Origin: a virus
Reading direction: 5' to 3' (one strand)
DNA: 64,000 bases
Virus record (IMG/VR): IMGVR_UViG_3300027749_000111
Span: 2,373 to 66,372 of that record
Part shown: positions 36,317-46,571 of the stretch, piece by piece
Position numbering within the stretch: the stretch's first letter is position 1
Layout: each line of letters opens with the position of its first letter
Translations under genes and position numbers: made by a program
Notes under the pieces: model-generated
Told to the model about the DNA's origin: nothing
The model's input: only the letters and a program-made list of their open reading frames with translations
Database searches by the model: none

Positions 36317-38932
36317 ATGGCGATAACCATAATACAATCTGCATCATTTACTGGTACCGCACGTGCGTATGCATCATCTTATAATACTCAATGGGTAGAA
36401 ACATTTACTTTTACTTCTGCTCCTGCAGCAAATAGCTATTTAGCATTTGCTTTTAATTCAAATTGGGGAGGAGTGTTTGCCAACTCAGTAACTCTTGGAA
36501 CCACTCAAACTACCACTGCAACAAGTGGTACAAGTGGTAGTTCGCTATTAAAAATAGGAACTGGTCTAACCGTTCCAAGTGGAACTTGGATTGGTGGACC
36601 AAGTATTAAAAGTGGTGCTGTAGTCAATGCATACAATAGTGGAACTGGAGTTGCTACTCTTTCTTTAAGTTTAGGTGCTAACTTTTCAGCCACTGCCAAT
36701 GCCTATACTCTAGTAAATAACACTGGAACACCGATACCTTTATATTTACTAGATGATGGTAATACTGGTGCCGGTACTAATACACTACCTATTTATGCTA
36801 GTTATATATCATCAAATTCAAGCAATTTAAACAAATTAATTTTTGTATGGGGAAATGGAAGTGGTTTTACTTCATCCATTTTAGCAACTGCAATGGAAAT
36901 AAAAGGTACTGCTGCGCCAAGCACAGCCGCCAATTCAGTTAAATCACGCTATACAACCGCTGGTGGTATTATTGATTCCACATCAGCTGGCTGGGTTGGC
37001 CAATGGACTGGTGCTTACCAAAATGCAACCTGGTCGGGGAATGGTACAACACTAACGCTTGGCGGCAATGCATTTTCTGCAAACATTGTACAACCAGGAA
37101 CATATGTTGTAGCATCGCTCTCCTCAATAATTCCTAACAATGTTCCAATGTTTGCTTATAGCCCCACTACATTTGCTAGTACGTTTAGTGGTACTGGTTC
37201 GGATGGTACTCTTGTATTAGAAGGTCAAGTTATTGAACAGAGTGCATCTTCCTACGGTGGCGCACAACAAGCCGGTGCCCTTGGATTAAACAACTGGGCA
37301 GCTTGTCCAATAATGACATCTTATCCAGCATCTCAACAACCATGGATTGGTGTATTCCAAGCTGCAAGCGGTCAAGGAGGGTCTTTTACGCAAGTAGCAG
37401 CCACTGGTGTAAATATACCAACAAGTAATACTAATACGTTTGTAATACCCACAACTTCAACAGTTACAGGAGCCTTAGCTTCTGGATATGCAGTTGTTTA
37501 TACTCAAAGTGGTGGGATCGCTTTTAACTATACCAGCAGAGGGTCAACGGGATTTTCTGGATGCACCCTAGCAAATTATCCATCTACTAGTTTTGCTGTT
37601 AATGGATACAGTTTTATTAATTATTCTCCAAATACTTTGACATCTGGAATAACGGGTTTATTCCCATCGGGTAGTCCCACCAGTAGCAACTTTGGCGGTT
37701 TAACACTGGGTGACTCAACTCCATCAGGAACTAGCGTTTCTCCCATAACAGTTGTATCAGGGGGATTTGGTGGATCAATGTATATGATGATGGCCGGTTA
37801 CGCTACTAGCGGTTCCTATACACCTATTAATTTATATGGTACTATAAATAACTCTAGTGGCGGTTCACCAAATGGTGGTATATGGACTTTGGTACCATCT
37901 AATCGCAATGTACCAAAAATTTCTACTACTACTGCTGAAAACCTTTCAAAAGATACTAAAACTGTACAAAGAAATCGAATAGCTCAATTTATTCAAACAT
38001 CTGTTGCTATTGCTATTAAAGTCGTGGCGTGGGTTCGATTTGCTCAGGCTGTCCAGGTGCTCGCTTCAAGTGCTCTCAAAACGGTGGCTTGCTCGAGGTT
38101 CGCTTCGGCGGTTCAAGTTCTGACTTCAAGCGCTCTCAAAACGGTGGGTCACTCCAGGGTCGCTCAGGCTGTCCAAATTGGCGCTTTGAGGGCTGTCAGA
38201 ATCGCCAGTCATTCCAGATTTGCTCAGGTTGTCCAAATTGGCGCTTCAAGGGCTGTCAGAATCGTCAGACGTTCAAGGGCCGCTAAAGCCGTATCGACGG
38301 GAAGGTCGCTGGGTCGGCGCGGGGGAAGTCAAATACTTTTGCTGGCTAAAATCGTCCAAATAGGGGGCTCTCGGGTCACTCGGGCGGTATCCCGTAAAAG
38401 ATCAGCACAATCTATTCAAAACACAAATGTATTTATTAATCGTGTTAAAACTATAATAAAATTAGCCAGGACTTTATTGGTAGAATCATTATCTATAAAC
38501 CGTAGGGTAAACCGTGGTCGTAAAGCAATCGTAACACAACCGGTTCAAGCAGTTGTAACCCGTAAAGTTAATCGTGGTCGACGCGGTATTGTAACTGTAA
38601 ACTATAGTATATCTACTAGCAGGCGTAGAACGTCATTCAGACGTGCCATAGCTACCATGGTTGCAGTAGGAAAAAACATAGCTACTAGACCATTTTATAT
38701 CCTTACTACTGAAAGAGCCACAGAAACCCATACACTGGTTAGCGTCAGTGAAACAATCACAAACAACGTTGATATTACGGGTGAGTTTACTAATGAAAAT
38801 GATCTACCACCAAGTGACTATAACGAACCTGGCATAACTACCCCTAATGATTTTAATGAACCTAGCATTACAACCCCAGTCGACTTTACCGAGCCAGACT
38901 GGCCAACGGGCGAAGATGTAGTACCCACTTGA
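36317..38932 (+). CDS. Large fibre-like virion protein with C-terminal 20-aa Arg-rich repeats and acidic tail
   Basis: 871 aa; S/G/T-rich N-terminal part, RFAQAVQ...ALKTV repeats, DxNEPxITTP repeats. Confidence 0.75.
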   Translation: MAITIIQSASFTGTARAYASSYNTQWVETFTFTSAPAANSYLAFAFNSNWGGVFANSVTLGTTQTTTATSGTSGSSLLKIGTGLTVPSGTWIGGPSIKSGAVVNAYNSGTGVATLSLSLGANFSATANAYTLVNNTGTPIPLYLLDDGNTGAGTNTLPIYASYISSNSSNLNKLIFVWGNGSGFTSSILATAMEIKGTAAPSTAANSVKSRYTTAGGIIDSTSAGWVGQWTGAYQNATWSGNGTTLTLGGNAFSANIVQPGTYVVASLSSIIPNNVPMFAYSPTTFASTFSGTGSDGTLVLEGQVIEQSASSYGGAQQAGALGLNNWAACPIMTSYPASQQPWIGVFQAASGQGGSFTQVAATGVNIPTSNTNTFVIPTTSTVTGALASGYAVVYTQSGGIAFNYTSRGSTGFSGCTLANYPSTSFAVNGYSFINYSPNTLTSGITGLFPSGSPTSSNFGGLTLGDSTPSGTSVSPITVVSGGFGGSMYMMMAGYATSGSYTPINLYGTINNSSGGSPNGGIWTLVPSNRNVPKISTTTAENLSKDTKTVQRNRIAQFIQTSVAIAIKVVAWVRFAQAVQVLASSALKTVACSRFASAVQVLTSSALKTVGHSRVAQAVQIGALRAVRIASHSRFAQVVQIGASRAVRIVRRSRAAKAVSTGRSLGRRGGSQILLLAKIVQIGGSRVTRAVSRKRSAQSIQNTNVFINRVKTIIKLARTLLVESLSINRRVNRGRKAIVTQPVQAVVTRKVNRGRRGIVTVNYSISTSRRRTSFRRAIATMVAVGKNIATRPFYILTTERATETHTLVSVSETITNNVDITGEFTNENDLPPSDYNEPGITTPNDFNEPSITTPVDFTEPDWPTGEDVVPT
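38021..38290 (+). repeat. Degenerate 60-bp coding tandem repeat
   Basis: GCTCAGG(C/T)TGTCCA, CTTCAAG and GCTCTCAAAACGGTGG recur at 60-nt spacing. Confidence 0.75.
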
Positions 38933-38961
38933 TTTTACCCTAGTTAATAAGGAGATTTATT

Positions 38962-39648
38962 ATGTCACAAGATGCACGCGCCGCCATTGTTGCCTGGGCC
39001 AAATGGGGAGTAGCCAATAAGCCACAGATCCATTACAAGGAAGTTCGCCCTTTTCCATTGACTAGTGTTTTGCCATTTACCACAGATTGTTCGGGGTTTG
39101 CCACTCTTTGCTATTTTTTGGCTGGAGCACCTGACCCAAATTCGAGCAACTATAACCACTACGGCTACACTGGCACTCTGCTAGCTCACGGTACAAAGAT
39201 CACCCTAGCAGAAGCCCAGCCAGGAGACCTAATTGTTTATGGTCCTGGAACTGGTGAGCATGTTGCTATCATTGTGGAGAATGACGGTAAAGATCCACTT
39301 ACCGTAAGTCATGGCCAAGAAAGTGATCCCAGCTACGTTCGTGTAAGCCAAGATGGTCGCAAGCCACAAACTTATCTGCGTTTTAACACAGCCACAAATA
39401 ATCCAAAGCTTCCCGGTGCAGTGCCTAACAACAGTGTTCCTAAGCCAAGTGTTGTTGTCGCTCACACCACTATCCAACAGGGTTCAACCGGTAGTGCTGT
39501 AGTTCTATTGCAACAAACCCTAAAAATCTACGTTGACGGAATCTTTGGACCAGCTACCGATGCTGCAGTTCGCAACTTTCAAAAGCAAGCAAAAATTACT
39601 GTTGACGGAATCGTTGGACCAGAAACATGGAAGGCTCTAGGAGTCTAA
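38962..39648 (+). CDS. Endolysin: NlpC/P60 peptidase plus peptidoglycan-binding domain
   Basis: TDCSGF...PGDLIVYG...EHVA; C-terminal QGSTG..V..LQ..L..VDGIFGPAT..AV..FQ...VDGIVGPETW. Confidence 0.88.
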   Translation: MSQDARAAIVAWAKWGVANKPQIHYKEVRPFPLTSVLPFTTDCSGFATLCYFLAGAPDPNSSNYNHYGYTGTLLAHGTKITLAEAQPGDLIVYGPGTGEHVAIIVENDGKDPLTVSHGQESDPSYVRVSQDGRKPQTYLRFNTATNNPKLPGAVPNNSVPKPSVVVAHTTIQQGSTGSAVVLLQQTLKIYVDGIFGPATDAAVRNFQKQAKITVDGIVGPETWKALGV

Positions 39649-40427
39649 TGTCAACTCGCACCAGATATAATTTTACTTACGGCACGCTTAGTGGCTACAA
39701 CAACTCTCAGACCACATTTACTGGCATTGGGTTTCCAAACAATATTCCTAACGGTACATATTGGCCAATTGTATTGAATCCGGGATACAACGGAGCTACT
39801 GCTAGCGGTGAAATTGTTTATGTGACTGGTATTACTGCTGGTGTTATAACGGTTAGTGGTCGTGGCAGCGAAGGAACAGTGGCCAGCAGTGGTGCTCCAA
39901 ATACTCCATGGGTAGCTGGTCCATTGATCAGTGACTTTGGTCTTTCTAACATGATTACCAATGGAGACTTTTCAGTGCCAGCATCCGGTGGTCAATTGTT
40001 TGTAAGTACCAGTACTACTAGTGGACAATTTACAAGTACTTTTCCCACTGGTGTTAACATTAGCGGTTCACAAGTTGTAGGTAGTGGATCAATACCTGCA
40101 AGCATTGTAGCCTATCCGCCAATCAACGTTATTACTGCTTCTAGTTATACAACAGTTGCTGCTGATGCAAACCAAATTGTTACCATATCGGGTACCGGCA
40201 CTACAACATTAACTATTGCAAAAGATCTTTATTCAGTTGGTACTCAAATTACCTTTTTAGAAATTGTTGTGCCAGCATCAACTTGTGTTATTAGTGGCGC
40301 TGCCGGTGTAACAATAGTATCTAAAGGCAGTACGGCTGCTGTTCCAATATTGAATGGACAATATTCTGTAGCTACAGCCATTCAAACAAGTCTTAATAAT
40401 TGGGTGGTCTTTGGAGACATTTACTAA
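39648..40427 (+). CDS. Putative tail fibre/virion protein
   Basis: ATG overlaps the endolysin stop; C-terminal YTTVAAD...VGTQI...GQYSVAT...WVVFGD domain typical of fibres. Confidence 0.7.
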   Translation: MSTRTRYNFTYGTLSGYNNSQTTFTGIGFPNNIPNGTYWPIVLNPGYNGATASGEIVYVTGITAGVITVSGRGSEGTVASSGAPNTPWVAGPLISDFGLSNMITNGDFSVPASGGQLFVSTSTTSGQFTSTFPTGVNISGSQVVGSGSIPASIVAYPPINVITASSYTTVAADANQIVTISGTGTTTLTIAKDLYSVGTQITFLEIVVPASTCVISGAAGVTIVSKGSTAAVPILNGQYSVATAIQTSLNNWVVFGDIY

Positions 40428-41359
40428 TGGCAATTGCTGGTGTTGTTGCTAAAACCATTAGGCCAGTGGTAAGTGGCGCTGTTACAACTATTACTAGTGA
40501 CAGTACATACTATTATCGTGCTTATACAGCTGTACAAACCAATCAATTTGCTCTAAACATTACTGGCGGTGAACTTATCGCTGATATTTTATTGGTAGCA
40601 GGTGGTGGTGGTGGCGGTGGTTCTAACGCTCACACAGGTTTTGGAGGTGGTGGAGGCGGTGCTGGTCAAGTTTCTTTTCAAAGCTCTGTAATACTATCCC
40701 CTGGCAACTATAAAGTATCAGTTGGCGCTGGAGGAACAGCAAACACTACAACAACAAATTCTGGTAATCCCAGTCAATTTTTTCAAGATCCATTTTCCGG
40801 TGTTATTGTTTCATATCTTGCAGCCGGTGGTGGCCATGGTGGAAATGATGGTACTAATAGTTTAGGGCCTGCTGGTGGAAGTGGTGGCAATGGTGGCGGA
40901 GGTGCATCGTACACCACTAATGGTGCTGGCGGCACTGGCAGTGCAGGTTACAACGGTGGTGCTGGAATTAAAACAACTAACAACACTGGTGGAGGTGGTG
41001 GAGGCGCTGGAGCGGTAGGGTCAAACGGTGGTGGTACTAATGGTGGTAACGGTGGTGCTGGCACTAGTGCTTATGCAGCATGGCTTAAATCTACTGGCAC
41101 AGCAATAGGTAATATTGGTGGAGGTGGTGGAGGCGGATCCAACAATGGCACTGGCGGCACTGGCGGGACTGGCGGTGGAGGTAGCGGAAACCCAGGTGCT
41201 GGAACTGGCAACGCAACAAGTGGAACAGCAAATACAGGTGGTGGAGGTGGAGGTTCTACTGGTTGGTCAACGCCTTCAACAACTCTTCCCGGCAATGGTG
41301 GTAGTGGCATTGTAATCATTCGTTATTTAAAAAATCAAAGACCTAGGAATGTAAATTAA
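40427..41359 (+). CDS. Glycine-rich virion protein
   Basis: LLVAGGGGGG...ANTGGGGGG...GGSGIVIIRY, the common phage Gly-rich domain. Confidence 0.8.
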   Translation: MAIAGVVAKTIRPVVSGAVTTITSDSTYYYRAYTAVQTNQFALNITGGELIADILLVAGGGGGGGSNAHTGFGGGGGGAGQVSFQSSVILSPGNYKVSVGAGGTANTTTTNSGNPSQFFQDPFSGVIVSYLAAGGGHGGNDGTNSLGPAGGSGGNGGGGASYTTNGAGGTGSAGYNGGAGIKTTNNTGGGGGGAGAVGSNGGGTNGGNGGAGTSAYAAWLKSTGTAIGNIGGGGGGGSNNGTGGTGGTGGGGSGNPGAGTGNATSGTANTGGGGGGSTGWSTPSTTLPGNGGSGIVIIRYLKNQRPRNVN

Positions 41360-41364
41360 ATTAT

Positions 41365-42255
41365 ATGAGAGTGCGTCCTTTCCCACAATATGCTGTAGAA
41401 CCCATTGGTATCATGACATATTCATTGGGTTCACTTGCCAACCCTGATTATATAATGGTTAGTGGTTCTAGCATTCCAAACGTAACTCTTTCAGTTGTTA
41501 ATACAGATAACAATACTATTATTTTACCAAGCGGAACTTATGCAACTCCTGAAGGTACCGGAACCTTTCAATACACATTTAACTCAAGTCAAACTGCTGT
41601 AACAGGCAACTACTCAGCCACTTGGAATTACACAATCAGCGGAAGCCCACGAATCTATACTGATAGTTTTGTTGTAACTGACCAGATGCCATATTGGAGT
41701 GCATTAAGTTATGAAGAGCGTCAACTTGTAACAGGAATTGTTCACCGTATTGACAAAAGTTTTGATAGTACAGCTGGAGGCCCGTACCTCCAGGAACTCA
41801 ATCAAAGTGGTTTTATTTTGTACGAAGAAGTTGCTATGATCATGAGCACAGAAGCCATTGATTATATTAATTATGAATTTCAACCGGTATTCAATCCAGC
41901 TTATGAAGTTGGAGTCAATGCCACCGTTCAATTTCCTACCAATTGGACGGGAATTTTAGTTAGCCAAACTTACGCTAATTTTCTCAAGCACATAGCGCGT
42001 AACTACATTGAACAACCAATGCCTCAGGGTATGAATGCTGCTTGGATGGACCGTCGCGATTATTATAATCGTTGGTGGAATCTATATTTGTTTGAAAAGG
42101 AAATAGCTGACAAACAACTGCGTCAAATGAAACGTTGGTTTATGGTTGGATCCAAACGAAGCATGTTGGTTGCTGGTGGCCTTATCCCACGTATGTTCGT
42201 TAACCCTGCTCGACCGCACTTTCAATATGCAGCAGTCAATATGGGAGGCGCATAG
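41365..42255 (+). CDS. Putative head-tail adaptor (neck) protein with N-terminal Ig-like domain
   Basis: Position before closure, terminator and sheath genes; GTFQYTF...GNYSATWNY then a helical region. Confidence 0.6.
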   Translation: MRVRPFPQYAVEPIGIMTYSLGSLANPDYIMVSGSSIPNVTLSVVNTDNNTIILPSGTYATPEGTGTFQYTFNSSQTAVTGNYSATWNYTISGSPRIYTDSFVVTDQMPYWSALSYEERQLVTGIVHRIDKSFDSTAGGPYLQELNQSGFILYEEVAMIMSTEAIDYINYEFQPVFNPAYEVGVNATVQFPTNWTGILVSQTYANFLKHIARNYIEQPMPQGMNAAWMDRRDYYNRWWNLYLFEKEIADKQLRQMKRWFMVGSKRSMLVAGGLIPRMFVNPARPHFQYAAVNMGGA

Positions 42256-42256
42256 T

Positions 42257-42613
42257 GTGGATTGGAAATTACGCTATGCAATGGGCCGCCCTCAAAAACC
42301 TCGTAGTAACCCAACGGTAATTCGTCTTCAGTGCAATACTAAAAATGGTTACGACATTCATCTAAAAAATGGTGAGGCCGCTTGCGCTTTATGTCTAGAT
42401 GCCGTTAATACGTATCAGACTCAAAGAAATAGATCTCGAGGAGTACAGCCATTTCAACAAGCAGCTCACGGTACCAATGCTGGTTATCAAAGGCATTTAA
42501 AGAATAATGAATCTGCTTGTAACGATTGTTTAGCAGCACACAGAGCACATGTTGTTTTTTACAATCTTAATGCTGCAGAAAGAGCTAGACTCCAAGGTGA
42601 AGGTGAAGAATGA
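42257..42613 (+). CDS. Small Zn-binding repeat protein with WKLRYA leader
   Basis: GTG start at 42257 after SD GGAGG; two repeats of [C/H]xTxxGYxxHLKNxExACxxC. Confidence 0.7.
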   Translation: MDWKLRYAMGRPQKPRSNPTVIRLQCNTKNGYDIHLKNGEAACALCLDAVNTYQTQRNRSRGVQPFQQAAHGTNAGYQRHLKNNESACNDCLAAHRAHVVFYNLNAAERARLQGEGEE

Positions 42614-43293
42614 GCGGAATCAACCCAAACCCAGAAACACCAGTATCAGAAGGAGATCTTTCTTATCAAAATAGCAGTCCATTGCTTGTAGTAAAACAAC
42701 GTGAAATCTGGGCTGAAATTGATCAACAACGTTTTCATAGTGAAGCATTGCAATGGTTTGGTGAAGAAGTTATTGTACGACAGATCTGGCGTGCAGAAGA
42801 TGCAGCACTTGGGCTAGTAACTTATTGTCAACAATGCCAGGACAGTCCTAACCCAAAAAGCCCAGATAGCAACATTCAAAATCGTGTTAGCAAGGTATAC
42901 CGACAATCGGGTAACAGTTTTTGCACCAACTGCTATGGTACAACTTTTACTGGTGGTTTTAAACCAACTTGTTACCACTTGTACATGTTAGCTGCTGACA
43001 CGCCGCAAGTTCGTTCGAACCTTAGCACCGGTCAGTTTTGGCGTGACAATCCAACAGTACAATTTATGTGGTATCCAGAAATTCGTGTTAATGACCTGGT
43101 TGTAAGAGTTAATTCATGGAGTGGTGACAACCCAATTGCTACCGGCGATCGCTTTGAAGTGTCCACTGTTAATGTAAGTACGATTAGAACTGGCCCTGGC
43201 ATCAGTTATAACACTACAAAGATCATTAATCAATATACAACAATTGAAAATTTACCAACTAGTCACCCCTATTATAATGTGCCGATAATATGA
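42610..43293 (+). CDS. Putative head closure/neck protein
   Basis: GEEV, CQQC...CTNCYGTTFTGGF, PEIRVNDLVV; neck position. Confidence 0.65.
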   Translation: MSGINPNPETPVSEGDLSYQNSSPLLVVKQREIWAEIDQQRFHSEALQWFGEEVIVRQIWRAEDAALGLVTYCQQCQDSPNPKSPDSNIQNRVSKVYRQSGNSFCTNCYGTTFTGGFKPTCYHLYMLAADTPQVRSNLSTGQFWRDNPTVQFMWYPEIRVNDLVVRVNSWSGDNPIATGDRFEVSTVNVSTIRTGPGISYNTTKIINQYTTIENLPTSHPYYNVPII

Positions 43294-43811
43294 TTCCAAT
43301 GCCAGCTATAGTAACACAACAGATTTCACGCCGTGCTGTTGAAATGATTAAATTAACAGCACCAAAGAGAACGGGCAAAGCAGTAAACTCTATAATCCCA
43401 GCAGGACAAACGGGGATGATTGCAGTTGAAATACCAGATAATGTAGCATACTTGATAAATCTTGATGAGGGCAGCGGCGCCAAACCAATGATTAACTTGA
43501 CTGGCAAAGTCATTCCAATTCGCGAACCGGATGGGACCATTGCCTTTAGAAAGGTTGCAACAAATTCAATTGGAAAAATTCCTATTGTTTCAAGAGCATC
43601 TGATAACGGTCAAATTTATGATGGTAAACCCATGTGGGTTAAAGCAGCTATACCTGCACAATCATTTATTTATAGTTCAATTGATCGTAGCATTAGTGAA
43701 TGGGAAAAAACATTAAAACCCGACGATTTAATAAAGATCCTACAGCAGACTAGTTTAAAGGATAGTATAAATATTATTCTTGCAGGGAACACAGGCGGAT
43801 TGATTAACTAA
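43290..43811 (+). CDS. Putative neck/tail completion protein
   Basis: APKRTG...YLINLDEG pattern reminiscent of HK97 gp10-like proteins. Confidence 0.55.
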   Translation: MIPMPAIVTQQISRRAVEMIKLTAPKRTGKAVNSIIPAGQTGMIAVEIPDNVAYLINLDEGSGAKPMINLTGKVIPIREPDGTIAFRKVATNSIGKIPIVSRASDNGQIYDGKPMWVKAAIPAQSFIYSSIDRSISEWEKTLKPDDLIKILQQTSLKDSINIILAGNTGGLIN

Positions 43812-44458
43812 TGTTTATTACCGCTGTAAAGACTGCCATTGTAGAAGCGCTGGATGCTGGGTTTGCACAACTATCATCTTATCCGTCTGATAGCAGCCTG
43901 GACCTTACTCCAAATAGTATTACTATTGAATACCCACTAGAATTAATCCAATGGCCAGTTATATTAGTACAATTTAGACCCAGCAAGGTACAATGGAGTG
44001 GCCTGCAACCAGATAATTTCACTTCATACTCTGGTGGCATTACAATTAGTGGTGTAAACTATCCTGCGCATACAAGCGATCGGACAGGCTACTTTGAAGG
44101 AAGCATTGACCTCCAGATCATGGCCATGCACAGTGAAGAACGTGATCGTCTTTGGGATAGTTTAACTAACTTACTGCTTATGGGTGCTGGCAGCCCAGCT
44201 AGCGCTGCATTTTATAACAGCATTCTTAATAACAGCCTGGTAGGGTTGACTATCTTACCAGATACATATATTACATTGGGAGACAGCATCACTTCAGGTA
44301 CTCCTTGGAGTCCTGATGATATTACTTATGAAGCTAGTGTTCGTATCAATTGTATTGGTGATTTTTACACTACAAAATACGATTACCAAGTGCCAAATAT
44401 TACTACTATTACTACCAGCGGTACTACTTATATTCCGGCCAAGATCCCGGCGCAATAA
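43811..44458 (+). CDS. Putative tail terminator
   Basis: Directly before the sheath gene; EYP..WP.I.V, IDLQIMA...ERDRL. Confidence 0.6.
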   Translation: MFITAVKTAIVEALDAGFAQLSSYPSDSSLDLTPNSITIEYPLELIQWPVILVQFRPSKVQWSGLQPDNFTSYSGGITISGVNYPAHTSDRTGYFEGSIDLQIMAMHSEERDRLWDSLTNLLLMGAGSPASAAFYNSILNNSLVGLTILPDTYITLGDSITSGTPWSPDDITYEASVRINCIGDFYTTKYDYQVPNITTITTSGTTYIPAKIPAQ

Positions 44459-44531
44459 GGTTAATCAAATATCTATCAAAAGAACACTGTAAAACACACG
44501 CTTTGTTGTACAAAGCAGTGAAGGAGAACAT

Positions 44532-46073
44532 ATGGCTACTTCTAATTATCAAGTGCCGGGCGTATACGTAACTCAGAGCACATCGGCTCTGACCACTGTA
44601 AGCCCGACAGATCTAAGAATTGCAATCGTGGCTGACCAGCCAACGCTTGGCATACAAACAGACACCTTTACAGTGCCAGTTGCTACCAGTGGTATTACTT
44701 TGGGTCAATTGACCGTTCCAATGGTTAACCTTAGCAGCACAGGTGCTTACACTTCCTACAGTGGTTTTTCTGTAACTTGGGTTAGTGGGACAACCTCAGT
44801 AACTGGTACTTATGGTGTTAACTTTAACATCAGCACTGCTAGCGGTATAAGCTATCTTACTACCAGCGGCGTTAGTGCCAGTGTATCTGCATTGCCAAGT
44901 GGTAACGTCAACATCCAATATGGTCACTATTGGGGCGCTTATGGCACCTACTACAATCAAAATTCAGTTGTTAGTGCTATTGGTACTGCTGTAAGTGGCA
45001 CTTCTATTCTTAATCCTGCTGTGCTTGCTTCACAACTTGCATTCCAAAATGGTGCTAGTACAGTTACAATCGTTCCTGTTGCTAGATTGGCAACTTCAAA
45101 CTCTGGAGTTGCCACAACATCTGACTGGGTCAATACTTTTAATGTTTCTACTAGTGGTAGCAGCCAAATCTTTTTGTCAAATACTTCAACGAATGTTGTT
45201 GTTCCATTGAATGGTTTGAACAACTCAGCAACTGGACAGCTTACAACAGCATCTGCTAGTGGTACTGTTGCTAGCGGTATTGCCAACTACTTTACAGTTC
45301 AACAGAATGCTGGCAATTACCAACGTGGTTTCCTTGGCGTTGATGGTACAAGTACATTCATCACTGTTACTGGCATTCAAACATTGGCCAGCGGATTTAA
45401 TAGCTCACGCATTAGCCTTGCATTCCCAGCAGTTCTTAATTACAACCCAGGTTTGAATACTTCTACTGGTTTGAGCAATGTTACATTTAATATTCCTGGC
45501 TATTACCTTGCTGCTGCTGTTGCTGGAACTTTTGTTGGTCAACAACCTGATGTAAGCACCCCGATTACCAACAAGCAAGTTTACGGTTTCAATGATATTC
45601 CCAATCAAATCAGTCTCAATGATGCTGCAACAAGCTATTTGCCATATGGCATTATGGTTGTACGTAAAAAATCTGATGGTTATTTCTGGGTACTACAAGG
45701 TCTTACCACCAACACAAGTACTTGGCTAACTCAAGAGATTTCAATCAATGCAATTGGTGACCGACTTGCTCAGTTGGTTCGTAGTGATCTTGTTAACAGT
45801 TACCTTGTTGGTGGACCTTTGACAAAGAATACATCTGCTGCTGTAATCGCAACAGTTCAAGCTACTCTTACCAACGCATTGAGCAAGGGTCTAATCCAGA
45901 GTTACCAAAATCTGAATCTTACACTCAACCCAGCTACGCCAACAACCGTTAGCATCACATTCCAATATGCACCGACTTACCCGATTAACTACATCCAGGC
46001 TTCTCTGAGTCTTAACACCCAGACTGGTCAAGTCGTTTACGGTAATGCTCAGAGCAACTTTGTAGTCTACTAG
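44532..46073 (+). CDS. Contractile tail sheath protein
   Basis: YQVPGVYV at the N-terminus; YLAAAVAG, PITNK, QGLTT, EIS and YAPTYPINYI at the C-terminus. Confidence 0.88.
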   Translation: MATSNYQVPGVYVTQSTSALTTVSPTDLRIAIVADQPTLGIQTDTFTVPVATSGITLGQLTVPMVNLSSTGAYTSYSGFSVTWVSGTTSVTGTYGVNFNISTASGISYLTTSGVSASVSALPSGNVNIQYGHYWGAYGTYYNQNSVVSAIGTAVSGTSILNPAVLASQLAFQNGASTVTIVPVARLATSNSGVATTSDWVNTFNVSTSGSSQIFLSNTSTNVVVPLNGLNNSATGQLTTASASGTVASGIANYFTVQQNAGNYQRGFLGVDGTSTFITVTGIQTLASGFNSSRISLAFPAVLNYNPGLNTSTGLSNVTFNIPGYYLAAAVAGTFVGQQPDVSTPITNKQVYGFNDIPNQISLNDAATSYLPYGIMVVRKKSDGYFWVLQGLTTNTSTWLTQEISINAIGDRLAQLVRSDLVNSYLVGGPLTKNTSAAVIATVQATLTNALSKGLIQSYQNLNLTLNPATPTTVSITFQYAPTYPINYIQASLSLNTQTGQVVYGNAQSNFVVY

Positions 46074-46081
46074 GAGAACAA

Positions 46082-46555
46082 ATGGCAACCTCAACTTTTC
46101 GTGTAGGTGGTGGGTACACCGCATTTATTTACAATGGTCAACCTTTAATTTATGCTCAGATCATTACTGAACGCGCTCCTTCACCAGTTGCTAACCCTAC
46201 ACCAATTCAACCTCTAGATGCACCATATCCTATTGAGATTGCTTTGCCAATCGCTTTGAGCAATGGTTACCTAGAAATTCAGTTCTTGGAACAATGGGAT
46301 GCAGAAGTCTGGGCTCAATTGGGTGGAAACTTTGCTACTGCCAGTGACTTGCTTGATGTTTTTAAAGCACAGCTGGCACAAGGTGAAGTTACTTGTGTAA
46401 AGGTCATCAATAAACCAGATGGTACACAGCGTAAGATTGTTTACCAGGGCTGTGTAGTAACCAATGTAACTATTGATGAAAGCATTCAAATCAATACAAT
46501 GACAATTCCCAAAGCGGTCACACTAATGTACCGCTCTAGAAAAGAACTCCTCTAA
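46082..46555 (+). CDS. Tail tube protein
   Basis: 157 aa directly after the sheath; IQPLD..YPIEI, VYQGCV. Confidence 0.75.
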   Translation: MATSTFRVGGGYTAFIYNGQPLIYAQIITERAPSPVANPTPIQPLDAPYPIEIALPIALSNGYLEIQFLEQWDAEVWAQLGGNFATASDLLDVFKAQLAQGEVTCVKVINKPDGTQRKIVYQGCVVTNVTIDESIQINTMTIPKAVTLMYRSRKELL

Positions 46556-46571
46556 GGAAAGGTATAAAAAA

